Positions 30,244-40,704 of a stretch of DNA of 64,000 nt are shown here, piece by piece; the stretch's first letter is position 1; each line of letters starts with the position of its first letter. The notes under the pieces are model-generated. The model was not told the DNA's origin and did not search any database. It worked only from the letters and a program-made list of their open reading frames with translations. This DNA is from Phycisphaeraceae bacterium (GTDB lineage: Bacteria; Planctomycetota; Phycisphaerae; Phycisphaerales; Phycisphaeraceae), in contig OY771506.1 in the NCBI GenBank assembly GCA_963674705.1, positions 5,312,001 to 5,376,000 of the forward strand, given 5' to 3'. The position numbers were made by a program, and so were the translations under genes.

Positions 30244-30930
30244 TCAAACCCCCCTGGCACTCGCCGGCCAGATGAGTTTATGCAATTGGGTCTGGATTTG
30301 CACGGGCACGTGGTCTTCGAGGACCCATTGGGCGAGGTTTTGCAGGCTCAGGCCTTGCGAGCCGGGCAGTTCCTTGCCGGGCGGGGTCTCGTGCACCGCA
30401 CTGACGAGGATCGCGGCGACACGTTCCGCCAGCTTGTGTTCTTCGACCACCTTTCGGGCCCATTCGTAATCTTCACGCGAACAAAGTACGAACTTGACCT
30501 CGTCCTGCTTGGTCAGGTGCTCGATGTTCGGCCAGTGGTTGCGTTCGACCTCACCACTACCGGGGGTTTTCAGGTCCATAATACGTTTGACGCGCGGATC
30601 GCAGACGCTGATATCACAAGCGCCGCTTGTTTCAACCAGCACGGTCTTGCCCATATCACAAAGCTTGGCCATCAATTCATGAACCGGTTTTTGCAGAAGC
30701 GGCTCCCCGCCGGTGACTTCGTAAAGCTGGCAGTCGCCACCGATACGTTGAGCTTCTTCAATAATGTCATCGATCGATCGTCGGCTGCCCTCGTGAAAGG
30801 CGTACTCAGTATCGCAATAACCACAGCGAAGGTGGCAACCGGTCAGACGGATAAAAACGCAAGGCAAACCCGCACGGGTGCTCTCGCCCTGGATCGAATA
30901 GAAAATCTCGTTGATCTTGAGTGAACTCAT
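30244..30930 (-). CDS. queE: 7-carboxy-7-deazaguanine synthase (radical SAM)
   Basis: EIFYSIQGE, CHLRCGYCDT, TGGEPL, QLHKLIW. Confidence 0.93.
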   Translation of the reverse strand: MSSLKINEIFYSIQGESTRAGLPCVFIRLTGCHLRCGYCDTEYAFHEGSRRSIDDIIEEAQRIGGDCQLYEVTGGEPLLQKPVHELMAKLCDMGKTVLVETSGACDISVCDPRVKRIMDLKTPGSGEVERNHWPNIEHLTKQDEVKFVLCSREDYEWARKVVEEHKLAERVAAILVSAVHETPPGKELPGSQGLSLQNLAQWVLEDHVPVQIQTQLHKLIWPASARGV

Positions 30931-31024
30931 AACATTTTCACTTCGCTTAAATCATACAAACCAGTTGAAACAGGGATGAACGCAGATAAACACGGATAAA
31001 AAAACCAATAGCCCTCTGCCCTTC

Positions 31025-31612
31025 TCATCTGTGTCCATCCGTGTTCATCCCTGTTACCTCCCCCTGTCTTTTCCCTGTGTCTCTTTGCCGCTGTGGTGAA
31101 GACTCTTTACCTTCCAACTCAGCAAGCAGTTCGCTGATACTTCGCCCTATCACGGGGTGGATCATGTCCGGAGCCAGATCATTCAACGGCTTGAGGACGA
31201 ACCACCGTTCGTGCATGCGTGGATGCGGGATCGTGATGCCCGGTTGGTTGATTGTTTTGTCGTCGTATAAAAGGATATCAAGGTCCAGCGTTCGTGGCTG
31301 ATTGCCCCCCTGCTCGGTTGAACGGGTCCGGCCACACGCTGCTTCGATCTTGTGGAGGTTCACGAGCAGTTCTCTTGGTGGCAGCGTGGTCTTGACAACA
31401 GCAGCCAGATTAAGGAACTTGCTCTGCCCCGTGGGGCTGTCGGGTGTCAGAATGGGCTCGGTTTCGTAGATTGGGCTGGTTACGATGGATAACACACCGG
31501 GCAGCGCACGGATTGCTTCCAGCGCGGACGCCAGATGTGCCTGGCGGTCGCCGAGATTTGAACCCAGAGCGATATACACAGTATCGGTCACAATGTGATT
31601 GTTGCCGGTCAC
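31025..31612 (-). CDS. folK: 2-amino-4-hydroxy-6-hydroxymethyldihydropteridine pyrophosphokinase
   Basis: YIALGSNLGDR, PRTLDLDIL, IPHPRMHER. Confidence 0.95.
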   Translation of the reverse strand: MTGNNHIVTDTVYIALGSNLGDRQAHLASALEAIRALPGVLSIVTSPIYETEPILTPDSPTGQSKFLNLAAVVKTTLPPRELLVNLHKIEAACGRTRSTEQGGNQPRTLDLDILLYDDKTINQPGITIPHPRMHERWFVLKPLNDLAPDMIHPVIGRSISELLAELEGKESSPQRQRDTGKRQGEVTGMNTDGHR

Positions 31613-31834
31613 CCGCCGACAGGCAAACTTGGCTTCGATTCGTGCCTAAGATGACATACTTAAGAAGTTCACCGCAGAGGGCGCGGAGAACGCAGAGCGG
31701 AATATTAAAAGGTATCCACAAAAAACACAGACAGCACAGACTTCATGTCAAAACACCTCCGATTCAAGCCCGTGTGATCGGTCGAACCCCTGTCATGACT
31801 CTGTGCCTTCCGCGTTCTTTGCGGTGAAAACCGG

Positions 31835-32584
31835 ATGACCATGACTACCACTGCCAAACAATTGAACCTTGACGCGATCAATCCCGAGATGGAAGGCGCC
31901 CCGGCGCTGGACATCATCCGCTGGGCACACAACACGTTCGGCGATGGCTTGGTGCTATCCACCAGCTTCGGGATGCAGTCAGCGGTCATGTTACATCTGG
32001 CGACACAGGTCGTGCCGGACATCCCGGTGATCTTCATCGATACGGGTTTTCACTTCCTGGATACATACAAATTCGCGGATGAATTAACCGATCGGCTGAA
32101 GCTGAACCTGAAGGTGTACCAGGCAAAAACCAGCCCCGCGTGGACGATCGCCAGGCACGGCAAACTCTGGGAGCAAGGCGTCGACGGCCTGAACAAACTC
32201 GACCAGATCCACAAGGTCGAGCCGATGGCAAGGGCGCTGGATGAACTTGGCGCGACCGCGACGCTGGCCGGCCTGCGTCGGGGACAGACCGAACACCGAA
32301 AGAACCTGCCCACCATCGTCTTCCAGCGCGACCGCTACAAGGTGCATCCGATCCTGACGTGGTCGAACAAGGATATACACGACTACCTGAAAGAACACGA
32401 CCTGCCCTACCACCCGCTGCGCGAGCAGGGTTACACATCGATCGGCGACTGGCACAGCACGCTGCCCATCACGGCCGGCATGGACGAACGCGACGGCCGC
32501 TTCGGCGGACTCAAACAGGAGTGCGGCCTGCACCTGCCCGAGACCAAGGAAGAGGACGACAGCCGCTTCTCCTCCGGCCTCTAA
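31835..32584 (+). CDS. cysH: Phosphoadenosine phosphosulfate reductase
   Basis: STSFG, IDTG, GYTSIGD, KQECGLH; no CC pair for an Fe-S cluster. Confidence 0.93.
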   Translation: MTMTTTAKQLNLDAINPEMEGAPALDIIRWAHNTFGDGLVLSTSFGMQSAVMLHLATQVVPDIPVIFIDTGFHFLDTYKFADELTDRLKLNLKVYQAKTSPAWTIARHGKLWEQGVDGLNKLDQIHKVEPMARALDELGATATLAGLRRGQTEHRKNLPTIVFQRDRYKVHPILTWSNKDIHDYLKEHDLPYHPLREQGYTSIGDWHSTLPITAGMDERDGRFGGLKQECGLHLPETKEEDDSRFSSGL

Positions 32585-32825
32585 AGCAACCTGCCCCCCC
32601 CACACACACGTTTAGCCGCCGCGGCCAAGCGGCGGTCTTCTACCATGAGAAATATTTATCTGCTTGTCACGTCTTGAGTGAGAATCGTTCGAAGGCTTGA
32701 GAACTGCCTGATTCTCGCGACTTCCGTGAATTAATGCGCGATCGCTGTAGCCATGTTCGCTAAAATCGCATCGGCTCATCCGCTGTAGCGCCGGATATCT
32801 ATCTTCATCACTTGGTGGTCGCATC

Positions 32826-34859
32826 ATGTTCAAATTCACTCGGTTGTTTGCTTGTCTAGCCATGGCACTTTCTATGACTATCTCAAACCCGCTTGCCACA
32901 GCACATTCACACGAACACGGATCGGATACAGCCCACGACTACCCCATCCAGCCCGTACCATTCACACAGGTGAAACTGACAGGCGGGATGTGGCTGGATC
33001 GGCTCAAGACCAACCACGATGTAACCGTCTGGTACGACCTGGACAAGTGCGAGCAAACCAAACGCATCGATAACTTCGCCATCGCCGGCGGATTGATGGA
33101 AGGCGGCTTCACGGGCATACGCTTTAATGACTCGGATGTTATGAAGGTCATCGAAGGCGCTTCATACATACTCTCACAAGAACCCGATCCCAAGCTCGAA
33201 GCAAAACTCGACGAGATCATCGCCAAGATCGCGGCAGCGCAGGAAGACGATGGATACCTCTATACCTGCCGCACGATCAACGACCCCAACTACAAATACC
33301 CGGGCATGGAAGCTCGCTGGTCGAACCTGGCCGTCGGACATGAACTCTACAACGTCGGACACATGTACGAAGCCGCGGTTGCGCACTATCAGGCGACAGG
33401 CAAGCGCACGTTTCTGGATGTGGCGATCAAGAACGCGGACCTCGTCTGTGAGACGTTCGGAGCAGATGAAGGACAGATCATCGACGTGCCCGGGCATCAG
33501 GAAATCGAGATCGGCCTGGCAAAACTGTACCGCGTCACCGGAGACGAGAAGTATCTCAAACAAGCAAAGTTCTTCACGGATATGCGCGGCCGAGCCGACC
33601 TGCGAGAAAAACTGTTCGGCGAGTACAGCCAGGATCACAAACCCGTAGTGAACCAGGATGAAGCGGTCGGCCACGCGGTGCGTGCAGCGTACCTGTACTC
33701 GGCCATGGCGGATATCGCCGCACTGACCGGCGACAAAGCCTACATCGACGCGACGCAGAAAATCTGGGAGAACATCGTATCCAAAAAGATGTACCTCACC
33801 GGCGGGATCGGCTCGCTGCATAAGGGTGAAGCGTTCGGCAAGAACTACGAATTGCCCAACGCGTCGGCCTACAACGAAACCTGTGCCGCGATCGCATACG
33901 GCATGTTCAACCACCGTATGTTCATGCTGCACGGCGACGCCAAATACATCGATGTGCTCGAACGCATCCTCTACAACGGCTTCATCTCCGGCGTGTCGCT
34001 GCAAGGCGATGAATTCTTCTACGCCAACCCCTTGGCATGGGATGGCAAGCGAGCATTCAACATCGACAACAACACCGGCCGCGCCCCCTGGTTCAATTGC
34101 TCCTGCTGCCCGACCAACGTCGTGCGATACATCCCCTCCGTTCCCGGACTGGTGTATGCGGTACAGGACGAGATGATGTTTGTGAACCTCTTCACGACGA
34201 ACGAGGCGCAGATGACCATTGATGGTTCAACGATCACGATCGAGCAAAAGACGGATTACCCATGGGATGGCAAGGTAAAAATCACGGTCAGCTCGGAGCA
34301 GGAAAAGGCGTTTGCTTTAATGGTGCGCATCCCCGGCTGGGCACGAAACGAACCCGTACCCAGCGACCTGTATCGTTTTGCGATTACAGACGATTCTCAA
34401 TGGAAGATCAAGGTCAATGGCAAGCGTGTAAAGGACGCGACGCTTGTGGATGGATACGTCAAGCTGGATCGCAAGTGGGAGTCGGGCGACAAGGTAGAGC
34501 TTGAACTGCCGATGCCGGTAAGATTTGTTAAAGCCAACGAATCGGTCGAGGCCGACCGTGGCCGCATCGCGGTCCAGCGTGGGCCGATCGTCTACTGCTT
34601 CGAGGCGGTGGATAACGATGGCGACGTGGCGGACCTGGTGCTGGACGATTCAGCGAAGCTGAAATCGAAGTACCGCAAAGACCTGCTGCACGGCCTCACC
34701 GTCATCACCGGCAAAGCAAAACGCGCTGTGCGTAAAGATGATGGAACGATCGAACTGGAATCCGTAAAAGTGACCGCCATCCCCTACTACGCCTGGCACC
34801 ACCGCGAGCCCGGCCCGATGCAGGTCTGGATCGCATCGGACATCGCAGTCGCACAATGA
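32826..34859 (+). CDS. Secreted GH127 beta-L-arabinofuranosidase-like enzyme
   Basis: DSDVMK, HELYN, GHAVRA, YNETCA, CSCCPTN; signal peptide. Confidence 0.93.
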   Translation: MFKFTRLFACLAMALSMTISNPLATAHSHEHGSDTAHDYPIQPVPFTQVKLTGGMWLDRLKTNHDVTVWYDLDKCEQTKRIDNFAIAGGLMEGGFTGIRFNDSDVMKVIEGASYILSQEPDPKLEAKLDEIIAKIAAAQEDDGYLYTCRTINDPNYKYPGMEARWSNLAVGHELYNVGHMYEAAVAHYQATGKRTFLDVAIKNADLVCETFGADEGQIIDVPGHQEIEIGLAKLYRVTGDEKYLKQAKFFTDMRGRADLREKLFGEYSQDHKPVVNQDEAVGHAVRAAYLYSAMADIAALTGDKAYIDATQKIWENIVSKKMYLTGGIGSLHKGEAFGKNYELPNASAYNETCAAIAYGMFNHRMFMLHGDAKYIDVLERILYNGFISGVSLQGDEFFYANPLAWDGKRAFNIDNNTGRAPWFNCSCCPTNVVRYIPSVPGLVYAVQDEMMFVNLFTTNEAQMTIDGSTITIEQKTDYPWDGKVKITVSSEQEKAFALMVRIPGWARNEPVPSDLYRFAITDDSQWKIKVNGKRVKDATLVDGYVKLDRKWESGDKVELELPMPVRFVKANESVEADRGRIAVQRGPIVYCFEAVDNDGDVADLVLDDSAKLKSKYRKDLLHGLTVITGKAKRAVRKDDGTIELESVKVTAIPYYAWHHREPGPMQVWIASDIAVAQ

Positions 34860-34956
34860 CAAGTCAACGCGCGTGCTGGAGTGGGTAGCGGAAAAATATC
34901 CACCGCGGAGGGCGCAGAGAAAGACGATAGGGTCGGAATCGCGCGTTTCGCAGCAA

Positions 34957-35331
34957 CTAGGTCTTTGCCCCCAGCAGCCCAACCTTGATGCCGTGTTCAC
35001 GGAGAGTGCTGGTCGCCTTGGCGTTAACGATTAATAACACGAGCAATCCGAGAAGCGGGATGAGAGTCAGGATACCAAGCACGATACCCAGCCCTGTCCC
35101 ATAGAGTTTCGTGGCCAGCAGGAAAACGAAAACAGTCGCAACAACGATAACCACAAGAACGCCAAGCCCAAGGAACAACCGAAGCTCAGGCGGCAATGCG
35201 AACTGCGCCACGACGGCAACCAGGTAGATCAATATGCATATAAGCACAGCTTTTTGACGCATAGCGATCTCTCGAATATTCAACTGTTCGACCGAAACAC
35301 GTGCGTCGTTACCTGCCGGATCTTGTGACAT
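34957..35331 (-). CDS. Small hypothetical membrane protein
   Basis: Three to four TMs; tail KATSTLREHGIKVGLLGA. Confidence 0.75.
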   Translation of the reverse strand: MSQDPAGNDARVSVEQLNIREIAMRQKAVLICILIYLVAVVAQFALPPELRLFLGLGVLVVIVVATVFVFLLATKLYGTGLGIVLGILTLIPLLGLLVLLIVNAKATSTLREHGIKVGLLGAKT

Positions 35332-35497
35332 GTGGTGGCTCCCAAATCTGGACGGATTCACTGAACTTACCCATTTGATCGGGTTGGACCGCACAACATG
35401 CTTAAATATTAGTCTTCCCGCGCGTTTCTTCTCAGCAGATTCAACCCTGTCCTCAACTGGGTGTCACACTTTCACAAAAAGTGTAATGTACGTCACT

Positions 35498-36178
35498 CAC
35501 CCGTTTAGCGCACGAGCTTGCTCGCCCATCGCGGAGCAAGGCTAGAGTGGGCGATGGAATAATTTTCACAGCAGAGGACGCGGAGAGCGCAAAGAAAGAC
35601 GATTGGGTCGAAATCACACATTTAGCCGCGGAGCTTGCTCTTCGCTGGTTATGCTCTGAGCAAAATGTGGCGCCCCGGCCATGAGTTACGAGATATCGCT
35701 ACTTCTTTTTTTCTTACACACGAATTGATCAACAAAGTTCAATACCGCATTGAGTACTATCAATAATGTGAGAACCAAAATCACCATTGAGTAGTTGGCA
35801 TACGCTTTGTCTTTTGCAGTATCAATAAGCGTGCCCATTAACTTTATCACTTCATCATGCGTGTACGTATCTTGAGTAACATAGCCCGGCCAATACCATT
35901 TGACTGTTTGAAATAGTTGCGTACTGCTCCAGAATAAAACAACCACGATCACGGAACATACATTCGCCGTCAGAATGATCCACTTCATACGAATCTCACT
36001 TTACTACTTTTCGTTTCCCCGCAAACGCACACCACACCGTGTCTCAAGACACAAAATGTACCATCCACCCGTTTAGCGGGCGAGCTTGCTCGCCCATCGC
36101 GGAGCAAGCTCCGCGGCTAAATGTGTGATTTCGACCCAACCGTCTTTCTCCGAGTCCTCCGCGACCTCTGCGGTTGAA
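35498..36178. repeat. REP doublet with nested direct and inverted repeats
   Basis: 43-bp direct repeat at 35498-35540 and 36066-36108; ~75-bp inverted repeat at ~35565-35640 and 36102-36178. Confidence 0.9.
35686..35988 (-). CDS. AT-rich orphan two-TM protein
   Basis: 100-aa ORF with two hydrophobic helices. Confidence 0.65.
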   Translation of the reverse strand: MKWIILTANVCSVIVVVLFWSSTQLFQTVKWYWPGYVTQDTYTHDEVIKLMGTLIDTAKDKAYANYSMVILVLTLLIVLNAVLNFVDQFVCKKKRSSDIS

Positions 36179-39118
36179 TTACTGTTCGCTTCTCCGCAAC
36201 GGAATCATCCCCGTCCTCAACTTAAGCGCTTCGACCCGCCCCGTATCGCGATACCACTTGAACGCACTCGATCGGGCCGGAGTAGGTTCGCCCTTGGCCC
36301 GGTACTCGACGAAGCCCGGCTCGTCGGACCAGAGGATGATTTCGCCCTTCGTTTCCTGGTAGAGCATGTGATCGCAGGTCACGCTGATGTCGGCGGTGCG
36401 GATGACGATGCCGCCATCGGCCCAGACGCGGTCGAGTTCGGGTTGCGGTGCATCCTCTGACAGCCAACCGCCCTGCTTCTTCTTACTCGACACGCTGTCG
36501 TCGGCAGGCCGAAGTTCGGCGGCAAGGTCGTGGCAATAAAGTTCGACGCGATCCCCGCTCTCCGGTTGATGCACCATCGCGACGTTGCCTTTCATCAGCA
36601 TCTCGCCTTGCGTAAGATCAAGGAGCAGGCTGTCGGTCCACTGAAAAGCGGTCAGGCCGCTGCCGCTCATCGCAATCGCGTTGGCGTTTCCGGCCGAAGT
36701 ATCAGATTCATCTTTGGGACGCTTGTCTGTAATCAACATCCGTCCCGCGCCGAGGATGTCCACTTTCTTGGCTACCTGCCCGCTTGCCGAATCAGACACC
36801 TCACCCGGATCGGTGAAGATCATCTTGTCCGCATCCGTCATGTAAAGTTCGGTGAGCAGTTGTTCCTGCTTGAGCTGATTGGTCGCATAGCTGCGAGCGC
36901 GGTAGCGGACGTTGCCGTCCATCACCGCCTCGGCAAGTCGTCGGCCGGTTGTGGGATCGTTGGGATCGGCGTTGGTTGTATCCACGGACGTATCCTCGAC
37001 GAAGGTCAGAACCAGTTCGTTACCCATCAGCTCGTTCGTATCCGTGCCATCGATGGCCTTCGTTTTGACATCACCCACAAAACGCGCGACGCCGGCCATG
37101 TCGTCGTAGCGCATTTGCTTGGTCCACGTCACGTAGACCGTTTTGCCGGGATCATCCGGATCGGGCTGGAAAGTGAACGACCCGGGCCCCGGCACATCCA
37201 CCGTACCTGCCCGGTCATCCATGACCATGTGTTCAGCGGCGAGTGTGGCGTCGGGGTGGATAACCGTAGCGAGTTTGTCATCCGTGCCGAACAGTTCGAG
37301 TTGATCCTTCGCGGGGAACGCCAGCAGCTTCTCTGCCTTGATCCGGATATCTTCCTTCTTGACATAAGCATTGATGGAGCCGGTTGCGGTCAGCAATTCA
37401 ACCGCCAGCTTGTCGTCCCCCTCCGGCACATCTTCGCGCAGTGCAAGCGTAAGACGGTCGGTTGACATATCCAGTTCGTCATATTTAACCTGAACCTCGC
37501 CGATAAAGTCCGCAGACTTCACCCCCTTGATCGAGCTGTCTTTGACAGGTTCTTTGTTCCCGCTTGAGGAAGTGCCGTCTTGCTCAAGGTAGAACGCCAG
37601 ATCCAATTGATCCATAAAGGAGATGGATAGTGGCTTGGTCTTGGTTTTATCATCTTCATCACGGATAAGCCCCGTCAGCGTCCCGGGGCCGACGGCTTTA
37701 CCCGTGCCTTGCGCCTGATCGACATCGAGCTTAAGCACTGAAAGCGAACCGAGGTCGGTCGCTTCAAGGATGACGGGCGAATCGCTGGTCCCGACCGCCT
37801 GCATGATCGATCGCTTACTCAGGAAAGAGACCTTAGGCGCCTTAAAACTTTCCTGTTTATCGGTAAGGATTTTTACGGGGTTTCCCGTAACCGTGACCAG
37901 GACATCATCCGTACCCGCAACTTCTTCAGGTAAGTTGTCCTTCGTCAGCGGCAACACCGTCAGCCGGCCGGACCACCTGATAACAACGTCATCATCCGTG
38001 AAAGTCGCAAGCGATCGTGGATCGACATCGGGGAACTGCCCGATACTCACTGCCAGTGCGTAAGCCAGCGCCGCGTTCAATGTATCGCTCGACGCCGAGG
38101 CCAACGAAGTATCTGCCCGACGATTGTTGACCCGTCGAGATGCGGCCGGTTCACCCCCCTGCTGCTCGCTCTCGGCATCGATTTCCTCAGCGGTCTTGGT
38201 GCTGAAGATCGCGGAGAGGTTGTCGCCTTGCACGATGTATTGATCCAGCCCGACACGCACTTCATCGAGTTGTTCAAACGTAGCGTGGTAATACTGGATC
38301 GGCTGTTTCGGTTCGTCCCGATCGGCTGCGGCTTCCACAGACTCACTGTTATCAGCAGCCGAAGGTTTATCGTTTTGAGGTACTAATCGTTCTGGCCGTG
38401 ACTTATGCACCGGCTTGACGTTCCGGGTAGCGTCGTTGTCATTGTCTTCGGTGAAGGCGGGCGGCTCGGGGATGTATCGCAGTGACTCGCCCTGCTCGAT
38501 GACGAGCCGTTCGATGCGCTGGCGTAGCTGGTTGTAGTTCATACTCAATCCCCGGCCGTGGAACTGAACCTGCGGCCCCGTGAGGAAGATGGGGCCAATG
38601 CTGTCGATCTGCTGAAGCTCCAGGTCGAACTCGACCGGGTCGTCGAAGTACATCCGGATGGCGACGTCACGGTCGCTGCTGGTGTCGACCGGCGAGCCGT
38701 CGGGCGATTCGTAGAGCGTGACAATGACGTTGCCTCGCATCTCGCCCTCCTGGGGGTGCTGATCCGGCGCAACAATCGTGCCCTCGTCCGCCTCGATCGT
38801 CAGTTCCCGGCCGGCGGCGAGCTGGATCTGGATCGTCGTGTCGATCGCGTCGATTTCGCCCTCGTTGCGGGGGACGATCCGGTTGGCATAGAAAAGGATG
38901 CGTTTGCCGTCCTCGTTGACCTCGTAAATGATGTTCTCAGCTTCGCCGAGAAGCATCTGCTCGTTGACGTCCGGGCCGGGGACGTAGAGCTGTACATCCG
39001 CGGGATCGACCTGCGACTGTTCTTCCGTAAATCCCGGCCCACCGATCAGGACGGTCAGAATCAGGACCAGAGCTGCCACGGTGAACGCGGCCCCGAGCAT
39101 GAGTGCTTTGTTAGGCAT
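36179..39118 (-). CDS. Large membrane-anchored LptC/LptA(OstA)-like repeat protein
   Basis: N-terminal TM; repeated beta-strand units (IEADEG, LTATGSI, IKAEKL, WADGGIVI, VTCDHMLY). Confidence 0.6.
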   Translation of the reverse strand: MPNKALMLGAAFTVAALVLILTVLIGGPGFTEEQSQVDPADVQLYVPGPDVNEQMLLGEAENIIYEVNEDGKRILFYANRIVPRNEGEIDAIDTTIQIQLAAGRELTIEADEGTIVAPDQHPQEGEMRGNVIVTLYESPDGSPVDTSSDRDVAIRMYFDDPVEFDLELQQIDSIGPIFLTGPQVQFHGRGLSMNYNQLRQRIERLVIEQGESLRYIPEPPAFTEDNDNDATRNVKPVHKSRPERLVPQNDKPSAADNSESVEAAADRDEPKQPIQYYHATFEQLDEVRVGLDQYIVQGDNLSAIFSTKTAEEIDAESEQQGGEPAASRRVNNRRADTSLASASSDTLNAALAYALAVSIGQFPDVDPRSLATFTDDDVVIRWSGRLTVLPLTKDNLPEEVAGTDDVLVTVTGNPVKILTDKQESFKAPKVSFLSKRSIMQAVGTSDSPVILEATDLGSLSVLKLDVDQAQGTGKAVGPGTLTGLIRDEDDKTKTKPLSISFMDQLDLAFYLEQDGTSSSGNKEPVKDSSIKGVKSADFIGEVQVKYDELDMSTDRLTLALREDVPEGDDKLAVELLTATGSINAYVKKEDIRIKAEKLLAFPAKDQLELFGTDDKLATVIHPDATLAAEHMVMDDRAGTVDVPGPGSFTFQPDPDDPGKTVYVTWTKQMRYDDMAGVARFVGDVKTKAIDGTDTNELMGNELVLTFVEDTSVDTTNADPNDPTTGRRLAEAVMDGNVRYRARSYATNQLKQEQLLTELYMTDADKMIFTDPGEVSDSASGQVAKKVDILGAGRMLITDKRPKDESDTSAGNANAIAMSGSGLTAFQWTDSLLLDLTQGEMLMKGNVAMVHQPESGDRVELYCHDLAAELRPADDSVSSKKKQGGWLSEDAPQPELDRVWADGGIVIRTADISVTCDHMLYQETKGEIILWSDEPGFVEYRAKGEPTPARSSAFKWYRDTGRVEALKLRTGMIPLRRSEQ

Positions 39119-39250
39119 ATGGGTAGTTTCAAGCCCAGCCGACCCTGATGCAAATACGGCTGCGATAGCCCCGAGGGGCTGTGTCCGTTATGATCGCATT
39201 GTAGTCACCCCCACCCCCTAAATCCTGAGCCCGAAGGAGCGGATTCGACC

Positions 39251-40633
39251 ATGATTGGCAAGATATTCAAAGCTTACGACGTCCGAGCGACCTACCCCGA
39301 GCCCCTCAACGAGGATGCCGGGTGGAAAGTTGGCTACGCGGTCGGTGAGTTTTTCAAGAAAGGTAACGCCGGCAAGCCCGGGACCGTCCTCGTCAGCCGG
39401 GACCACCGCCCCAGCGCCCCGTCCATGGCCAAGGCCCTGATCGCCGGCCTCCGCGCCGCCGAGATGGACGTCATCGACCTCGGGCAGGCGGATACCTCGT
39501 TCATGTACTTCGCCATCCCATATGTCAAGGGCGCTCTGGGCGGCGTGCAGACGACCGCCAGCCATAACCCGATCAACTACATCGGCTTCAAGATCTCCGG
39601 CCCCGGCGCCAAGCCGATCGGCGCAGATTCGGGTCTGAAGGATATTCAGGCTATCGCCGAATCGATCGATTCCACAGACAAGCCCGCCGTGGGCAAGCTG
39701 GAAGAGCAAAACCTCTGGGCGGAGTACCGCAAGCACGTGCTCGACTTCCTCTCCCCATTGAAAAAGCCCATCAAGGTCTACATCGACGCCTGCAACGGCA
39801 TGGCGACCAAACTCATCCCTGAGGTGTACGGCGAAGTCGATAACCTCGAGATCATCAAGGAGAACTTCGAGTTCACCGACAAATGGGTCCACGAACCCAA
39901 CCCGCTTGTCGCCGAGAACATGAAGCCGACGCAGCAAGGCGTGGTGCGTGAAGGCGCGGCCCTGGGCGCGTGCTTCGATGGCGATGCCGACCGCTGCATG
40001 ATTACGGACGAGAAAGGCCAGATCATCGGCTGCGACCACCTCACCGCCCTGCTCTGCGACCACTTCCTCAAGCAGCAGCCCGGTTCGAGTGTGGTCTACG
40101 ACCTGCGTTCAAGCAAGGTTGTCGAGCAGACCATCAAAGCCCTCGGCGGCAAGCCAGCACGCAGCAAGGTCGGGCACGTTAACATGAAAGCCCTGCTCCG
40201 CGAGACCGACGGCATCTTCGGCGGCGAACTGTCCGGCCACTTCTACTTCAAGCACAACAGCTTCGCCGACTCGGGCGCGATCGCGTTCGCCGCGGTGCTT
40301 AGCGTGCTCAATGAAAGCGACAAGCCGATCAGCGAATTGATCGCACCTTACAAGAAGTACCCGCAGTCGGGTGAGATCAACTTCGAGGCCGAGGATAAGG
40401 CCGGCATCATGGCATCGCTCAAAGAAACCTACAAAGCCGACGCACAATTGATCGACGACCTCGACGGCGTCACCATCGACTGCTTCGACAGCAAGGGCTT
40501 CTGGTTCAACGTCCGTGCAAGCAACACCGAACCGCTGCTGCGCCTCAACGCCGAAGCCAAGGACGATGCGACGCTTGGCGCCCTGCTCAAGGAACTCAAG
40601 CCCAAGTTAGGCAAGGTCGCTGAAGGACATTGA
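39251..40633 (+). CDS. Phosphomannomutase/phosphoglucomutase
   Basis: IFKAYDVR, TASHNP, FDGDADR, GELSGH, RASNTEP. Confidence 0.96.
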   Translation: MIGKIFKAYDVRATYPEPLNEDAGWKVGYAVGEFFKKGNAGKPGTVLVSRDHRPSAPSMAKALIAGLRAAEMDVIDLGQADTSFMYFAIPYVKGALGGVQTTASHNPINYIGFKISGPGAKPIGADSGLKDIQAIAESIDSTDKPAVGKLEEQNLWAEYRKHVLDFLSPLKKPIKVYIDACNGMATKLIPEVYGEVDNLEIIKENFEFTDKWVHEPNPLVAENMKPTQQGVVREGAALGACFDGDADRCMITDEKGQIIGCDHLTALLCDHFLKQQPGSSVVYDLRSSKVVEQTIKALGGKPARSKVGHVNMKALLRETDGIFGGELSGHFYFKHNSFADSGAIAFAAVLSVLNESDKPISELIAPYKKYPQSGEINFEAEDKAGIMASLKETYKADAQLIDDLDGVTIDCFDSKGFWFNVRASNTEPLLRLNAEAKDDATLGALLKELKPKLGKVAEGH

Positions 40634-40704
40634 TCGAGGCGCGAAACCACAAACCGTCGATAACCTGACCGCTGAATACCATTAACTCCAACCCGGGAGG
40701 CAGT

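Noticed and set aside
29699..31612. queD/queE as a 7-deazaguanine DNA modification (dpd) system
   Set aside because: No dpdA/tgt-like or other dpd genes nearby; housekeeping context fits queuosine and folate synthesis
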